A stretch of 64,000 nucleotides of DNA from IMG/VR virus record IMGVR_UViG_3300035701_000003; one strand, 5' to 3'. Source of the DNA: a virus. The position numbers and the translations under genes were made by a program. The notes under the pieces were generated by a model. It searched no databases. It had not been told where the DNA came from and was given only the letters and a program-made list of their open reading frames with translations. How positions within the stretch are numbered: the first letter of the stretch is position 1; every line of letters begins with the position of its first letter. Shown here one piece after another: positions 18,033 to 27,833 of the stretch.

Positions 18033-21000
18033 ATGTATAGAAAAGTAAATGCTTTTTTAAGAACATTATTATATATAGTAATATCTTTTATGATAACTGG
18101 GGGAACTTTCCCCCAGGTTCATAAAATTATTATAGGTAATAAAATAAGTGGGCCCTCTCAAGTAGATTCTCTTCCCAGTACTTTTGTATTTAATGATATT
18201 ACTGGAGCTGAACTATCTACTCTTTATACTTCCAATGGAGTAACTTTAACCAATTTTGATAGTGCTTACGCTTACGGAGGTGGAAAGGAATTTAGAGTAA
18301 ACTTAGGAAGTTGGGGAAGTTCTTATAAGAGGGTTCACCGCGATGACGTAGTATACATTAGAAATACATCTTCCGGTTCTTATTTAACTACCGTGAATGC
18401 TACGCTAACTGTTGGAGGAGTTAGCGATGTTTATTCTATTACTACTAAGGCTTCTATTATAGATACCATACCTGCCGATTTTCAATTCGCAGATCAACTT
18501 AATGCGGAACTATCCACTTTGTATTCCTCAAATGGTATAACCTTAAATGCTTTTGATAGCTCCTACGCCTATGCAGCTGGTAAAGAATTTAAAGTAAACT
18601 CCGGTAGTTTTAGTTCTACTATAAGAAGAGTTCATCGTAACGATATTGTATACATTAGAAATACTTCTTCAAGTTCTTATTCAACTATAGTTAATGCTAC
18701 CTTAAACATAGGGGGGGTAACTGATGTTTATTCTATTACTACTAAGGCCCCACCAGATACAATACCGGCTAGTTTTGTATTTACTCCTGTTACTAATGCT
18801 GCTTTATCTACTCTTTACACTTCTAATGGCGTAACTTTAACTAGTCTCGATAGTGCTTATGCTTATGCTACTGGTAAAGAATTTAAAGTAAATTCTGGTA
18901 GTTTTAGTTCTACTATAAGAAGAGTTCATGGTAATGATGTAGTATACATTAGAAATACTTCTTCAGGTTCTTATTCAACTACCGTTACAGCTACTCTAAC
19001 CGTAGGTGGCGTGGGAGGAATTTATTCTATTACAACATCGACTGCTCCCGATACTGTCCCCGCGACTTTTGCATTTAATGATATTACTGGAGCTGAACTA
19101 TCTACCCTTTATACTTCTAATACTATAACTTTAACCAATTTTGATAGTGCTTACGCATACGCAGCGGGTAAATTATTTCAAGTAAATTCTGGAAGTTTCA
19201 GCGCTACTAGAAGAAAAGTTTATAATAATAATACCGTACGTATTCAAAATACTTCTTCTAGTTCTTACTTAACTACAGTAGATGCTACTTTAACAGTGGG
19301 GGGTATAAGTGATACTTATTCTATTACTACTAGATCTGCTACTCCTCCTCTTTATGTGGAAGGAGGGCATTTTATTTCCAAAAATGGTTCTAATACAGTT
19401 CCTTATAATACCTGGGCTAAAGCTTGTACCAACTGGACTGCTAGTAGCCCCCTTTGGCCATATTTAAATATCGGTGACACTATTTGGGTTGATGGTGGAG
19501 CCGATTCGACTAATTATACTGGCGTCGTACAAATCGATAATAAAACAGGGACCGCAGCTTTACCAATTGTGATTACTAAGGGTATATCTCCTGGGCATAA
19601 TGGAGAAGTATGGTTTGATGGACAAGATGCTACTAATAAGAATTTTATTCTCCACGGATGTAAGTATATGAAAGTACAAAGAATCAATACTTATCGCGGT
19701 GGTATATTAATTGACGAAAATGGTTCTTCTCTTGTAAATGTAATTTATCTCGATAGTATAAAAGTAAGAAATTCCTATACTCAAGGAATAGAAATATCAG
19801 GATACCCAGCTACTTCCAATGTAGATTCTGTACTTGTAAGATGGTGCGATATACGTAATGATAGAGTAACCTCTACCGAAACCGATGGTATAGCTTTTTC
19901 ATTCATGACTAATTTCTTCGCTCTAAATAATAATATCTATGTAAACAATCAAAATGCATCTCATGTTGATTGCATAATGGGTTATGCTTCTGTAAGCGGG
20001 CAGTCAATAACGAACGTTACTATAGCGAGAAATCATATGATAAATTACTCCCAGAAGACGGGGTATCCCAGTAACGCTGATAATGGCGTTATTATGTCTG
20101 AATTAGTAGGGACTATAAAGATTTATGATAATTTTCTTGCAGAACCGAGATTTGACTCTAATGCTGGTATAGGATTCTTTACTACAGGAACTAACTTCCT
20201 TTTATATTTTTATAATAATACTGTTGTAACCAATACTTCCAATAATGCTTTACAGATTGCTACTTATGCAGGTACTATAAATCCTGCATCAGAAATTAAG
20301 AATAATATTTTTTATTCAAAGGCAAGTAGTTCTGCTTATGAATTTAGTTCTAGTATAACAGCGGCTAATATAAACTATAATTGTTATTATTACACTACTG
20401 GTAATACTTCTATTTGTAATTACGGAGGCACTAAAAATTTAGCTCAAATGAAAACTGCAGGAGCCGAGACTAATGGAATAAATACAAATCCATTACTTGC
20501 TAATCCTAATTATGCTAATATAGCTCATTTTGATGATAGACTACAGGCAGGTTCCCCTTGTATAAATATAGGACTTAATACTTTAGGCTCCGATTACGCA
20601 AAGGATAGAGTAGACTATATCAGAACTGGTTCTTGGGATATGGGAGATTACGAATATGCTCCTCTTTATGTCGAACATGGACATTTTATTTCTCCTAACG
20701 GAAGTAATACATCTCCATATGATACTTGGCAGAAAGCTCAAACTACTGTTTCTAGTTCTAGTATATGGAGTCAAGTTACAGCTGGTGATACTGTTTGGGT
20801 AGATGGTGGGGTAGGCTATGATTCTTTAGTATATAATACTAATATGGATATTCAAACGAGCGGAAATGCTAATGCTTTAGTAGTTGTGAGAGCTGGAAAA
20901 ACACCCGGGCACTACGGTAAGGTTGTAATAGCAGGAAGTACTTCTGGTACTAATATTACTATTCAAGATAGAAAGTATCTTAAACTCGAGAAAATAACAG

Positions 21001-22040
21001 TTAGAATGCAAAATGGAACTAATCAAGGTATTTATATAAGAGGTAACAATACTTCAGAAGGACTTAATGTTATATATATAGATAGTTGTACTGTTACTTG
21101 TTATGATAAAAATTTCACAACTTGGTTAATGCGTATAGATGGTTACCCCGGCCCCGGTACAACTAGACTCGATTCTGTTTTTGTAAGATATGGATTTTAT
21201 AGAAATTGGATGATAACTCCGCAGGACATTCAAAAGGACGCTATTATAGCACAGTATGCGCAAAATATATTTATTATAGGAAACGATGTTGCTGTTATGA
21301 ATGATTATAATGTTTTCGATACACAAGCTCATAATGATTGCTTTGCAACCGACAATATTTGCAAGAACGTTACTATAGCATTTAATAGATTATTTAACTG
21401 GCAGGCGAACAACGGGAGATCCCAAGTTCTTATTTGTAGTGTTGATGGATTTTTTAAAATTTATGCAAATATAATAGCTTCACCTTATTTTAGAATAAAT
21501 GGTCAGGCTTGGCCCTCTACTTTAAATATGGGAGGGTCCAGTAATTCTCCAACTTGTTACATTTTCAATAATACCTTTATAGGGGGTTCTAATCCTTACG
21601 TAGTTCAGATAGACGGCGCTATAAATACCCCACAGACTCGTCTTAAGAATAATATTATTTATTCTATGTACCCGTGTGATTCTGGTACTAACCCCCGAGT
21701 TCATTTTAGAACAACTTCCCCGACTTGGAATTATATAGATGGTAACTTATATGCGGAATATTCCGATGGAAGTACTAATAATTTGATTAGTAGTTATACC
21801 ATGACTCAATTAAGAGCCTCTCCAAGATTCGCTGAAAGTATAGGTATTGGTTCTGATAGATGGAATATATCAAACTCAACTATATTTACAAATATAGCTA
21901 CTTGGGATTTAACATTAAAGGTAGGTTCCGCCGCTATTGATAAAGGAGTAGATTTAACTGGTGAGGGCGTAGAATATACAAAAGATATTACAGGAAAGAC
22001 TAGAACAGGTTCTTGGGATATTGGAGCTTACGAAAAGTAA
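18033..22040 (+). CDS. secreted protein: four ~98-aa Ig-like repeats and two beta-helix domains
   Basis: Basic plus hydrophobic N-terminus ending GGTFP|Q; four DT.P..F.F repeats; beta-helices ending WDMGDYE and WDIGAYEK. Confidence 0.8.
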   Translation: MYRKVNAFLRTLLYIVISFMITGGTFPQVHKIIIGNKISGPSQVDSLPSTFVFNDITGAELSTLYTSNGVTLTNFDSAYAYGGGKEFRVNLGSWGSSYKRVHRDDVVYIRNTSSGSYLTTVNATLTVGGVSDVYSITTKASIIDTIPADFQFADQLNAELSTLYSSNGITLNAFDSSYAYAAGKEFKVNSGSFSSTIRRVHRNDIVYIRNTSSSSYSTIVNATLNIGGVTDVYSITTKAPPDTIPASFVFTPVTNAALSTLYTSNGVTLTSLDSAYAYATGKEFKVNSGSFSSTIRRVHGNDVVYIRNTSSGSYSTTVTATLTVGGVGGIYSITTSTAPDTVPATFAFNDITGAELSTLYTSNTITLTNFDSAYAYAAGKLFQVNSGSFSATRRKVYNNNTVRIQNTSSSSYLTTVDATLTVGGISDTYSITTRSATPPLYVEGGHFISKNGSNTVPYNTWAKACTNWTASSPLWPYLNIGDTIWVDGGADSTNYTGVVQIDNKTGTAALPIVITKGISPGHNGEVWFDGQDATNKNFILHGCKYMKVQRINTYRGGILIDENGSSLVNVIYLDSIKVRNSYTQGIEISGYPATSNVDSVLVRWCDIRNDRVTSTETDGIAFSFMTNFFALNNNIYVNNQNASHVDCIMGYASVSGQSITNVTIARNHMINYSQKTGYPSNADNGVIMSELVGTIKIYDNFLAEPRFDSNAGIGFFTTGTNFLLYFYNNTVVTNTSNNALQIATYAGTINPASEIKNNIFYSKASSSAYEFSSSITAANINYNCYYYTTGNTSICNYGGTKNLAQMKTAGAETNGINTNPLLANPNYANIAHFDDRLQAGSPCINIGLNTLGSDYAKDRVDYIRTGSWDMGDYEYAPLYVEHGHFISPNGSNTSPYDTWQKAQTTVSSSSIWSQVTAGDTVWVDGGVGYDSLVYNTNMDIQTSGNANALVVVRAGKTPGHYGKVVIAGSTSGTNITIQDRKYLKLEKITVRMQNGTNQGIYIRGNNTSEGLNVIYIDSCTVTCYDKNFTTWLMRIDGYPGPGTTRLDSVFVRYGFYRNWMITPQDIQKDAIIAQYAQNIFIIGNDVAVMNDYNVFDTQAHNDCFATDNICKNVTIAFNRLFNWQANNGRSQVLICSVDGFFKIYANIIASPYFRINGQAWPSTLNMGGSSNSPTCYIFNNTFIGGSNPYVVQIDGAINTPQTRLKNNIIYSMYPCDSGTNPRVHFRTTSPTWNYIDGNLYAEYSDGSTNNLISSYTMTQLRASPRFAESIGIGSDRWNISNSTIFTNIATWDLTLKVGSAAIDKGVDLTGEGVEYTKDITGKTRTGSWDIGAYEK
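18165..19334 (+). repeat. 4 x about 290-bp in-frame domain repeat
   Basis: Four units sharing LSTLY.SN..TL..DS.YAY...K.F.VN.GS and NTSS.SY...ATL..GG...YSITT. Confidence 0.9.
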
Positions 22041-23533
22041 TGAAGAACTGGAGACAAATATTAGGTTGGCAAGTTCAGAATAGTTATACTGTTGAAGAAA
22101 TGATAACGATGTTAGCTCCTCACCAAATATGGAAGGACGCTCGAGACTACTCTTATCTTTTTATGATAGGTGATGTAATTGAAGTTGTATGGAAAGAGAA
22201 GGATTCTGGCGGGGAACCGCGGTATGTTATACAAGAGGCCATATGGGCAAGTTCTCTTCACAGTAGAGTATCTCCTGGTTGTTTCGCTTATCTTTATCTA
22301 GATGCCGGCCCTTTTGAATTATTGAGTGAAGAAGATATAAATAAACTCTCTTGGCAAGTATTCTTAGGAGATATAGACCCTATGGACAGAGGTATTATGG
22401 CTAGTTTACTAACCGCTGACGATGATCATGTAGTAGCTTTATTATGCATACCTTCCGATACTACTATAGATGATATAGCTAAAGATATGATCGATTCGGG
22501 GTTTACTGAAGAAGCTTTTTTGTTTCAAGATATGGTAAAAAGAGCAAAAGGAGTAGCATGGGAGGCTACCGATGAATTCTCTAACGTAATGAGAATAGAG
22601 GAAATTAAAAGATATTATAAAGTACATTATCCCAACGACGAACTAAACTTTATTCCCGACTGGTTGAAGGTTAAAAAGGCTTTTAAGGAGATAGTAGATA
22701 GTTATAACCTTCCTGATAAAGAATCCTCTAAACTATCATGGCAAGATTCGACTTATGGTGGTAAATATGATATTGGTGCTTTAGTATTTGACCCGCTATC
22801 TAAAAGATTTGGTAAGGTTACTTTTGTAGGACCTTTAAGTAAAGTAGAAGGACTAGATAAGGGTAAACAAGTTTATTTAACAAAATATAAAATAAGAAAC
22901 GAGAAAAAAGATATTCCTTCAGAAGATGACCCTACCGTAATGCTTTTGGACTTAAACGTAGGATTCGCCCACTATGAAGGAAATATACAATCTCCCAACG
23001 AATTTATGACTATAGACCCTCCTAAGACTGTTATAAGAGGTTTAACAAGTGGTGTTAAGAAGGTAAAGAAACTGCCAGAGGAAGGGGATTCCCACGAAGA
23101 TATATTCGAAACTTCTTCCCCCAATCATACTTACTTTAAAGACGCTAGACTTTCTTTAGAAGTAGTTGGACAAGGAATATTCAAACTATCATGGCAAATA
23201 CAAGAACCAGTTTTAAAAGTAGGGGATAAAGTAAAGATAATAGCATTTCTTAAAAAATTAAGAGATTTGGATATTGTTTTTTACGCTCGGAATACTGACG
23301 AATTCGATCCAAATACTATTTATGAGGTAGCATCTATAGATACTAGCGAGGTTGGAACGATGGGTATTTATAGTGATAACATGTGGGTAAACATAAGAGA
23401 AAACTCAATGGGGGCTGGTTGGTGGATTCCTTATCATTATTGGCAGGAATTTTTAGAGATAGTAGAATCTAAAGAAGCATCTTTAACACCCGCTGATAAA
23501 GAAGAATGGCTACAAATAATAGAAGGGGGATAA
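22040..23533 (+). CDS. tag-delimited modular protein (four modules)
   Basis: ATG at 22040 overlaps the upstream TAA; MKNWRQILGWQVQ, then INKLSWQ (22337), KESSKLSWQ (22718) and FKLSWQIQEP (23180). Confidence 0.8.
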   Translation: MKNWRQILGWQVQNSYTVEEMITMLAPHQIWKDARDYSYLFMIGDVIEVVWKEKDSGGEPRYVIQEAIWASSLHSRVSPGCFAYLYLDAGPFELLSEEDINKLSWQVFLGDIDPMDRGIMASLLTADDDHVVALLCIPSDTTIDDIAKDMIDSGFTEEAFLFQDMVKRAKGVAWEATDEFSNVMRIEEIKRYYKVHYPNDELNFIPDWLKVKKAFKEIVDSYNLPDKESSKLSWQDSTYGGKYDIGALVFDPLSKRFGKVTFVGPLSKVEGLDKGKQVYLTKYKIRNEKKDIPSEDDPTVMLLDLNVGFAHYEGNIQSPNEFMTIDPPKTVIRGLTSGVKKVKKLPEEGDSHEDIFETSSPNHTYFKDARLSLEVVGQGIFKLSWQIQEPVLKVGDKVKIIAFLKKLRDLDIVFYARNTDEFDPNTIYEVASIDTSEVGTMGIYSDNMWVNIRENSMGAGWWIPYHYWQEFLEIVESKEASLTPADKEEWLQIIEGG

Positions 23534-23535
23534 TA

Positions 23536-24312
23536 ATGGCTAAGCAAACGTCTAAAAAAACTATAACTTCTTCCCAGAAGTATACTTCTAAAGATTGTGA
23601 AGTTATAAAGAAATGTATCAATTCTGGGGTAAATGGTTTAAGGAAAGAAATACTACCCCGTATCGAAAATATCGATAAAAGATATAAAGATCAATATGAA
23701 AGCACTAAAAGAATAATAGTGGATGTTGATTTAATGATGGTAAAGCGTCAAGAGCATACCGAAAAAATAGTGGGGTTAGTAGAAAAGGAGTTAAAGTGTG
23801 TGTCTGAGAAACAAGATAGCGTAGTGACCAGTATTAATACTTCCATGGGGTCTTTACATAAAAAGTTTGACGATCATATAGTTGATGAAAATCTAACTTT
23901 TAAGGATATAAAAGTTACTTTAACTGATATACGCGATCACGGTACAAAACTTGCACGTGATATAGATGATAAACTTGACCATATTAATGTTAACGGTGGA
24001 GTATTTCCTTTGAATGAGGCCTTTCAATTTATATATACCCAAAGTACAGAAACCCATCAGAAGTTAGACGAAGTTTATGCTCTAGTAGCTCCTATGCAAG
24101 CTCGTAAGAAATGGTGGGAAGCTTCTAAGGAACTTATTAAGCGAAATGGTTTACTACATTTTGTGTTTAATACTAAAGTAGGCGCTATACTAGGAATATC
24201 CACTTTACTTTTAATAATAAATACTATTCTAGTAGATGTATTTAGGGTAAACTTTGATATTAAAAGTATATTTACTTGGATACTTAACCTTATTAAAGGA
24301 GTAACAAAATGA
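23536..24312 (+). CDS. coiled-coil protein with C-terminal transmembrane segment
   Basis: ATG at 23536 (ORF from 23506); helical body and hydrophobic C-terminus GAILGISTLLLIINTILV. A holin or lysis role is possible but unsupported. Confidence 0.6.
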   Translation: MAKQTSKKTITSSQKYTSKDCEVIKKCINSGVNGLRKEILPRIENIDKRYKDQYESTKRIIVDVDLMMVKRQEHTEKIVGLVEKELKCVSEKQDSVVTSINTSMGSLHKKFDDHIVDENLTFKDIKVTLTDIRDHGTKLARDIDDKLDHINVNGGVFPLNEAFQFIYTQSTETHQKLDEVYALVAPMQARKKWWEASKELIKRNGLLHFVFNTKVGAILGISTLLLIINTILVDVFRVNFDIKSIFTWILNLIKGVTK

Positions 24313-24812
24313 TAACTTACTGGAATCAATTTATAGCTACATTCAAGGATATTTTATTAGCATCTTTGTTCTTTGCTATATGCGCATTTTTAAATGCTTC
24401 TATGGATGTAACTAAAGATAAATTTTCTTCTAGTGTTTACAGTAAAATCTCCGAACCCGGCACTGCCACTTATAAATACTTTGAAAGTGACTGGAGAAAC
24501 AAATGGGAAACCTGGCCAGATGGGGGGTTAATATTGGATAAGGATGGTAATAAGATTCCAAAATGGTTTTTAGGAATACATATTGTACCTTTGAATCACC
24601 CCATGTTTTTTGATAGTTGGCATCTGTTTAAATCTGCAATGGTATTTTTCTTTGGAGTAACATTAATTGTTCTTTATTTTAAAGCTGCTAAAATTATATT
24701 TAAATTTAATAAGTGGTATTACTGGGTCGTATTAGGAATAGTGTTAGTATGGTTCTTTCTCGACTGGAATATTGTGTTTAATCTATTTTATGATCATTGG
24801 CTAATGGTATGA
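24309..24812 (+). CDS. conserved phage membrane protein
   Basis: Three hydrophobic segments; the A.MD, W.NKW and D.WHLFK motifs resemble a family I recall from phages of FCB hosts. Confidence 0.6.
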   Translation: MITYWNQFIATFKDILLASLFFAICAFLNASMDVTKDKFSSSVYSKISEPGTATYKYFESDWRNKWETWPDGGLILDKDGNKIPKWFLGIHIVPLNHPMFFDSWHLFKSAMVFFFGVTLIVLYFKAAKIIFKFNKWYYWVVLGIVLVWFFLDWNIVFNLFYDHWLMV

Positions 24813-27001
24813 ATGAACCGGACTTAAAACTAAGTTGGAAAGTTGAGATACTTCCGGACTCTAAAGAAATTCTTAAGGATAAATCATGGAGCGATTCTAA
24901 TTATGAAAAACAGACTCAATACTGGGTGGACGATGCTCGAGTGAAATCAGAAGCCTACCAAAAATATATTTTCTTTATAATAGATAACGGGCATATAACA
25001 CCAAGTTCTCATAGTATTTTTAATGCTTACATAAATGAGAATAAAGATAATTTAACTATAGAGGAGATAGCACAAGCTTTAAATGACTTATGGCCTACCA
25101 CCGACGAAGATTCTAAGGACTTTTTACTGTATAATGCTCGAAGATTAGGAATAAAAGAATCCTCCTCCAAATTAAGTTGGCAAGTACAAGAGCCTTCCTC
25201 CTTCGAGGAACTGGTTGGATATTTAATACATTATGGTAGTCCCCTTTCTCACAGTTACTACCGTAATGAATATGGCGTAATAACTAGTGTGGTAACATCC
25301 GACGACCCCAAATATAAGGATACAATTTTACTCTGGGGGTTTTGGGCGGGTTCTGCTGAAGACGCTTTATATTATTACGAACACCCCCAGAAGCTAGTCG
25401 AATCTAGATTACCTTCTTTTTGGCCCGTGCCCCTTACCGATTTTGATAAAATAAAAGTTATTAAAGAAGTAACTATTTCTTCTCTTAAACTCTCCTGGCA
25501 GACCTTTAATATCTATGAAGGTAAATATAGAGAAGGACCTGGTTTCGATTATATAGTTACTAAGGATGGTAAACCTTTTTCTCACGTTACTTCTCTCGCT
25601 ATAGAAAATCATTCTCCTACTGGATTCGCTTGGGGTTACGGTGGTTCTGGACCCTCTCAACTCGCACTCGCCATCCTTTATGATCATACTAATGATGCTG
25701 AATTTGCTAAAAAATGGAGATGGGCATTTAAGGATGATTATACTTCCAAATGGCCCTCTAATAGAGATTGGCAATTATCCGGAGATGAAATAGATAATTG
25801 GATAAACGAAAAGACTATACAAAAGGAATCCTGGGTTATTAGAAGAACTCTCTCTAAAGGCGAAATAAGAGACTTGATAACTTCGGTAGGTTTAACTCCT
25901 ATTAATTTCTACATGGGCAAACGAACTAGAAGAGTAGACGCTGGTTACTTAGTAAATGATAAATGGGAAAATATCCCTGGGGAAATGATTGAGAAATTAA
26001 AAAGTGAACTGTCGGCTCTTACTCCGGAAGGGAGAATAGAGCAATCAAGGTATAAAGGAAAAAGTATAATAGTAAAAGTCCCTGTTTATAGAGATACCCC
26101 TAACTTGCCTTGGAGGGAAGTTAAAAAACAATTAAAAGCTTTAGGGTTTGATAGAATAGATGTTATAACAGGAACCACCGAAATAAGAGTGGATGTTTGG
26201 GGAATAGACGACCTTCATCCTACTCATAGAAGGGAAATGGTTCGTGAAATTACTACTATATTAAGACAATTCAATCCTAATTTTAAAGCCTATGAAACCA
26301 ACTTACCAGGTTACTTTACCTTTACAGCACCAATAAAAATACAAGAATATCCAGATGAAGTTACTTCTAGTTTAGAAAAAGAATCTTGGGCTATGACTAA
26401 GAATATGAGTAAGCAACGCTTAAGGGAAATAATAAATGAAGTAGGTTTAACTGCTTTAAACCTTTATATAGGACGCCGCCAAAGAAAAGCGTTTGTAGGT
26501 TATAGACCTAATAATAGATGGGAAAATATACCTCCGGAAACCGTACAGCTTTTGAAAGATAGACTAGAACAAGAAGCCCCCGATACGGAAGTACAATTCC
26601 CCATTACCAGTCCTTATTTTCAATATTTAGGCCCCCGCGTAAGTGAAAAAGCCAAAAAGTTTCTAGTTATTTTCGTATCTATAAAAAGAGATAGACAATT
26701 GCTTCCAGTAAAAGAAGTTAAGGATGCTATTAAAGAGAAATTTCCTCAGTATGAAGTTAGACTTTTTACTCGAACTAATGAAATAGAAATTTCTATTGAT
26801 ACTCCTTGGAATATAGAAGGTAGATCCGAAAATTTAAGAGGGCCGACTAAAGAAGCAAGATGCCAAGAATTACTAAATATATTAAAACAGTTTAATACTA
26901 ATACTATAATATCACCGTCTAATAATTGGCGGAGGAACGAATCTGGATATCATTTCCTTATTCCCTTTTCTCCTTATCAAGAATATGTTACTGGAGAATG
27001 A
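24809..27001 (+). CDS. tag-delimited polyvalent protein with a DUF6166-like module and a duplicated ~190-aa module
   Basis: MNEPDLKLSWKVE; linkers at 25154, 25478, 25820 and 26366; HSPTGFAWGYGGSGPSQLALAIL (25610..25678). Confidence 0.75.
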   Translation: MNEPDLKLSWKVEILPDSKEILKDKSWSDSNYEKQTQYWVDDARVKSEAYQKYIFFIIDNGHITPSSHSIFNAYINENKDNLTIEEIAQALNDLWPTTDEDSKDFLLYNARRLGIKESSSKLSWQVQEPSSFEELVGYLIHYGSPLSHSYYRNEYGVITSVVTSDDPKYKDTILLWGFWAGSAEDALYYYEHPQKLVESRLPSFWPVPLTDFDKIKVIKEVTISSLKLSWQTFNIYEGKYREGPGFDYIVTKDGKPFSHVTSLAIENHSPTGFAWGYGGSGPSQLALAILYDHTNDAEFAKKWRWAFKDDYTSKWPSNRDWQLSGDEIDNWINEKTIQKESWVIRRTLSKGEIRDLITSVGLTPINFYMGKRTRRVDAGYLVNDKWENIPGEMIEKLKSELSALTPEGRIEQSRYKGKSIIVKVPVYRDTPNLPWREVKKQLKALGFDRIDVITGTTEIRVDVWGIDDLHPTHRREMVREITTILRQFNPNFKAYETNLPGYFTFTAPIKIQEYPDEVTSSLEKESWAMTKNMSKQRLREIINEVGLTALNLYIGRRQRKAFVGYRPNNRWENIPPETVQLLKDRLEQEAPDTEVQFPITSPYFQYLGPRVSEKAKKFLVIFVSIKRDRQLLPVKEVKDAIKEKFPQYEVRLFTRTNEIEISIDTPWNIEGRSENLRGPTKEARCQELLNILKQFNTNTIISPSNNWRRNESGYHFLIPFSPYQEYVTGE

Positions 27002-27005
27002 ATGA

Positions 27006-27833
27006 ATGAATGAATTAGTTGCTTTAAGTAAAAGACATCCCCTTTGTAAAATATGCACTGTATTCGAAGACGACCTCCTTAACGACATTACCCTTGATAT
27101 AGTATTACAAAGGAAAACGTATAAAGAAATATGTGAATGTTACTCTAAACTATTACCCCCTAACATCCCTGATATAAACGATATTAATGTTAGAAATCAC
27201 AAAAGACATTGCGATCCTGGCTTACTAGCTAAGGAATACTTACAACAACAGGGTATGGCTATTACTCCAGGTGAGATTGCTGTAAAGTTATACGCAGAAA
27301 TTTATAAGGATGAGATTGATAAGAACAACACATTAAATGAATTGTATAGAGAAAGAATCAAAAATATGCAATCTCTTCAATTAGTGCTAGATGAAAAGCA
27401 TTTAAGAGCCGATGAATTGGAAAGAACTTTACAAAAAGCAAAAGATGAAAGACAACCAGATTCTGTTATAAACGATATGGCTTACCGGTTAAAGGAAATA
27501 CAAGGTGATATAAGATCCTATATTAAGCAGATAGATTCCATGCAAGGGGAAGTTCAAGATGTAATATTAAAAGAGAAGCAGGCTGAAAAGACCCCGATGG
27601 AAGGGACTATCTATGTTACTCAAAACTATGTAAATATATTTCAAGTTCATATGCAATCCTTTCTTGATGAATTAGTACCTTCAATGTTACAAGAGTTTAG
27701 AGATATTCCCGAAAGAGGAAAGAAAACCATACAACTAATTACATCTTGTATGGATAGACATATTGGCTCTGCTCTTGATGAAACTAAGTTATTAAAGTAT
27801 ACAAAAGGTAAAAAAATATTAAATGGAGACTAG
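27006..27833 (+). CDS. putative terminase small subunit (N-terminal Zn-binding, coiled coil)
   Basis: HPLCKIC...H..H N-terminus, long helical body, just upstream of TerL; mainly a positional call. Confidence 0.45.
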   Translation: MNELVALSKRHPLCKICTVFEDDLLNDITLDIVLQRKTYKEICECYSKLLPPNIPDINDINVRNHKRHCDPGLLAKEYLQQQGMAITPGEIAVKLYAEIYKDEIDKNNTLNELYRERIKNMQSLQLVLDEKHLRADELERTLQKAKDERQPDSVINDMAYRLKEIQGDIRSYIKQIDSMQGEVQDVILKEKQAEKTPMEGTIYVTQNYVNIFQVHMQSFLDELVPSMLQEFRDIPERGKKTIQLITSCMDRHIGSALDETKLLKYTKGKKILNGD

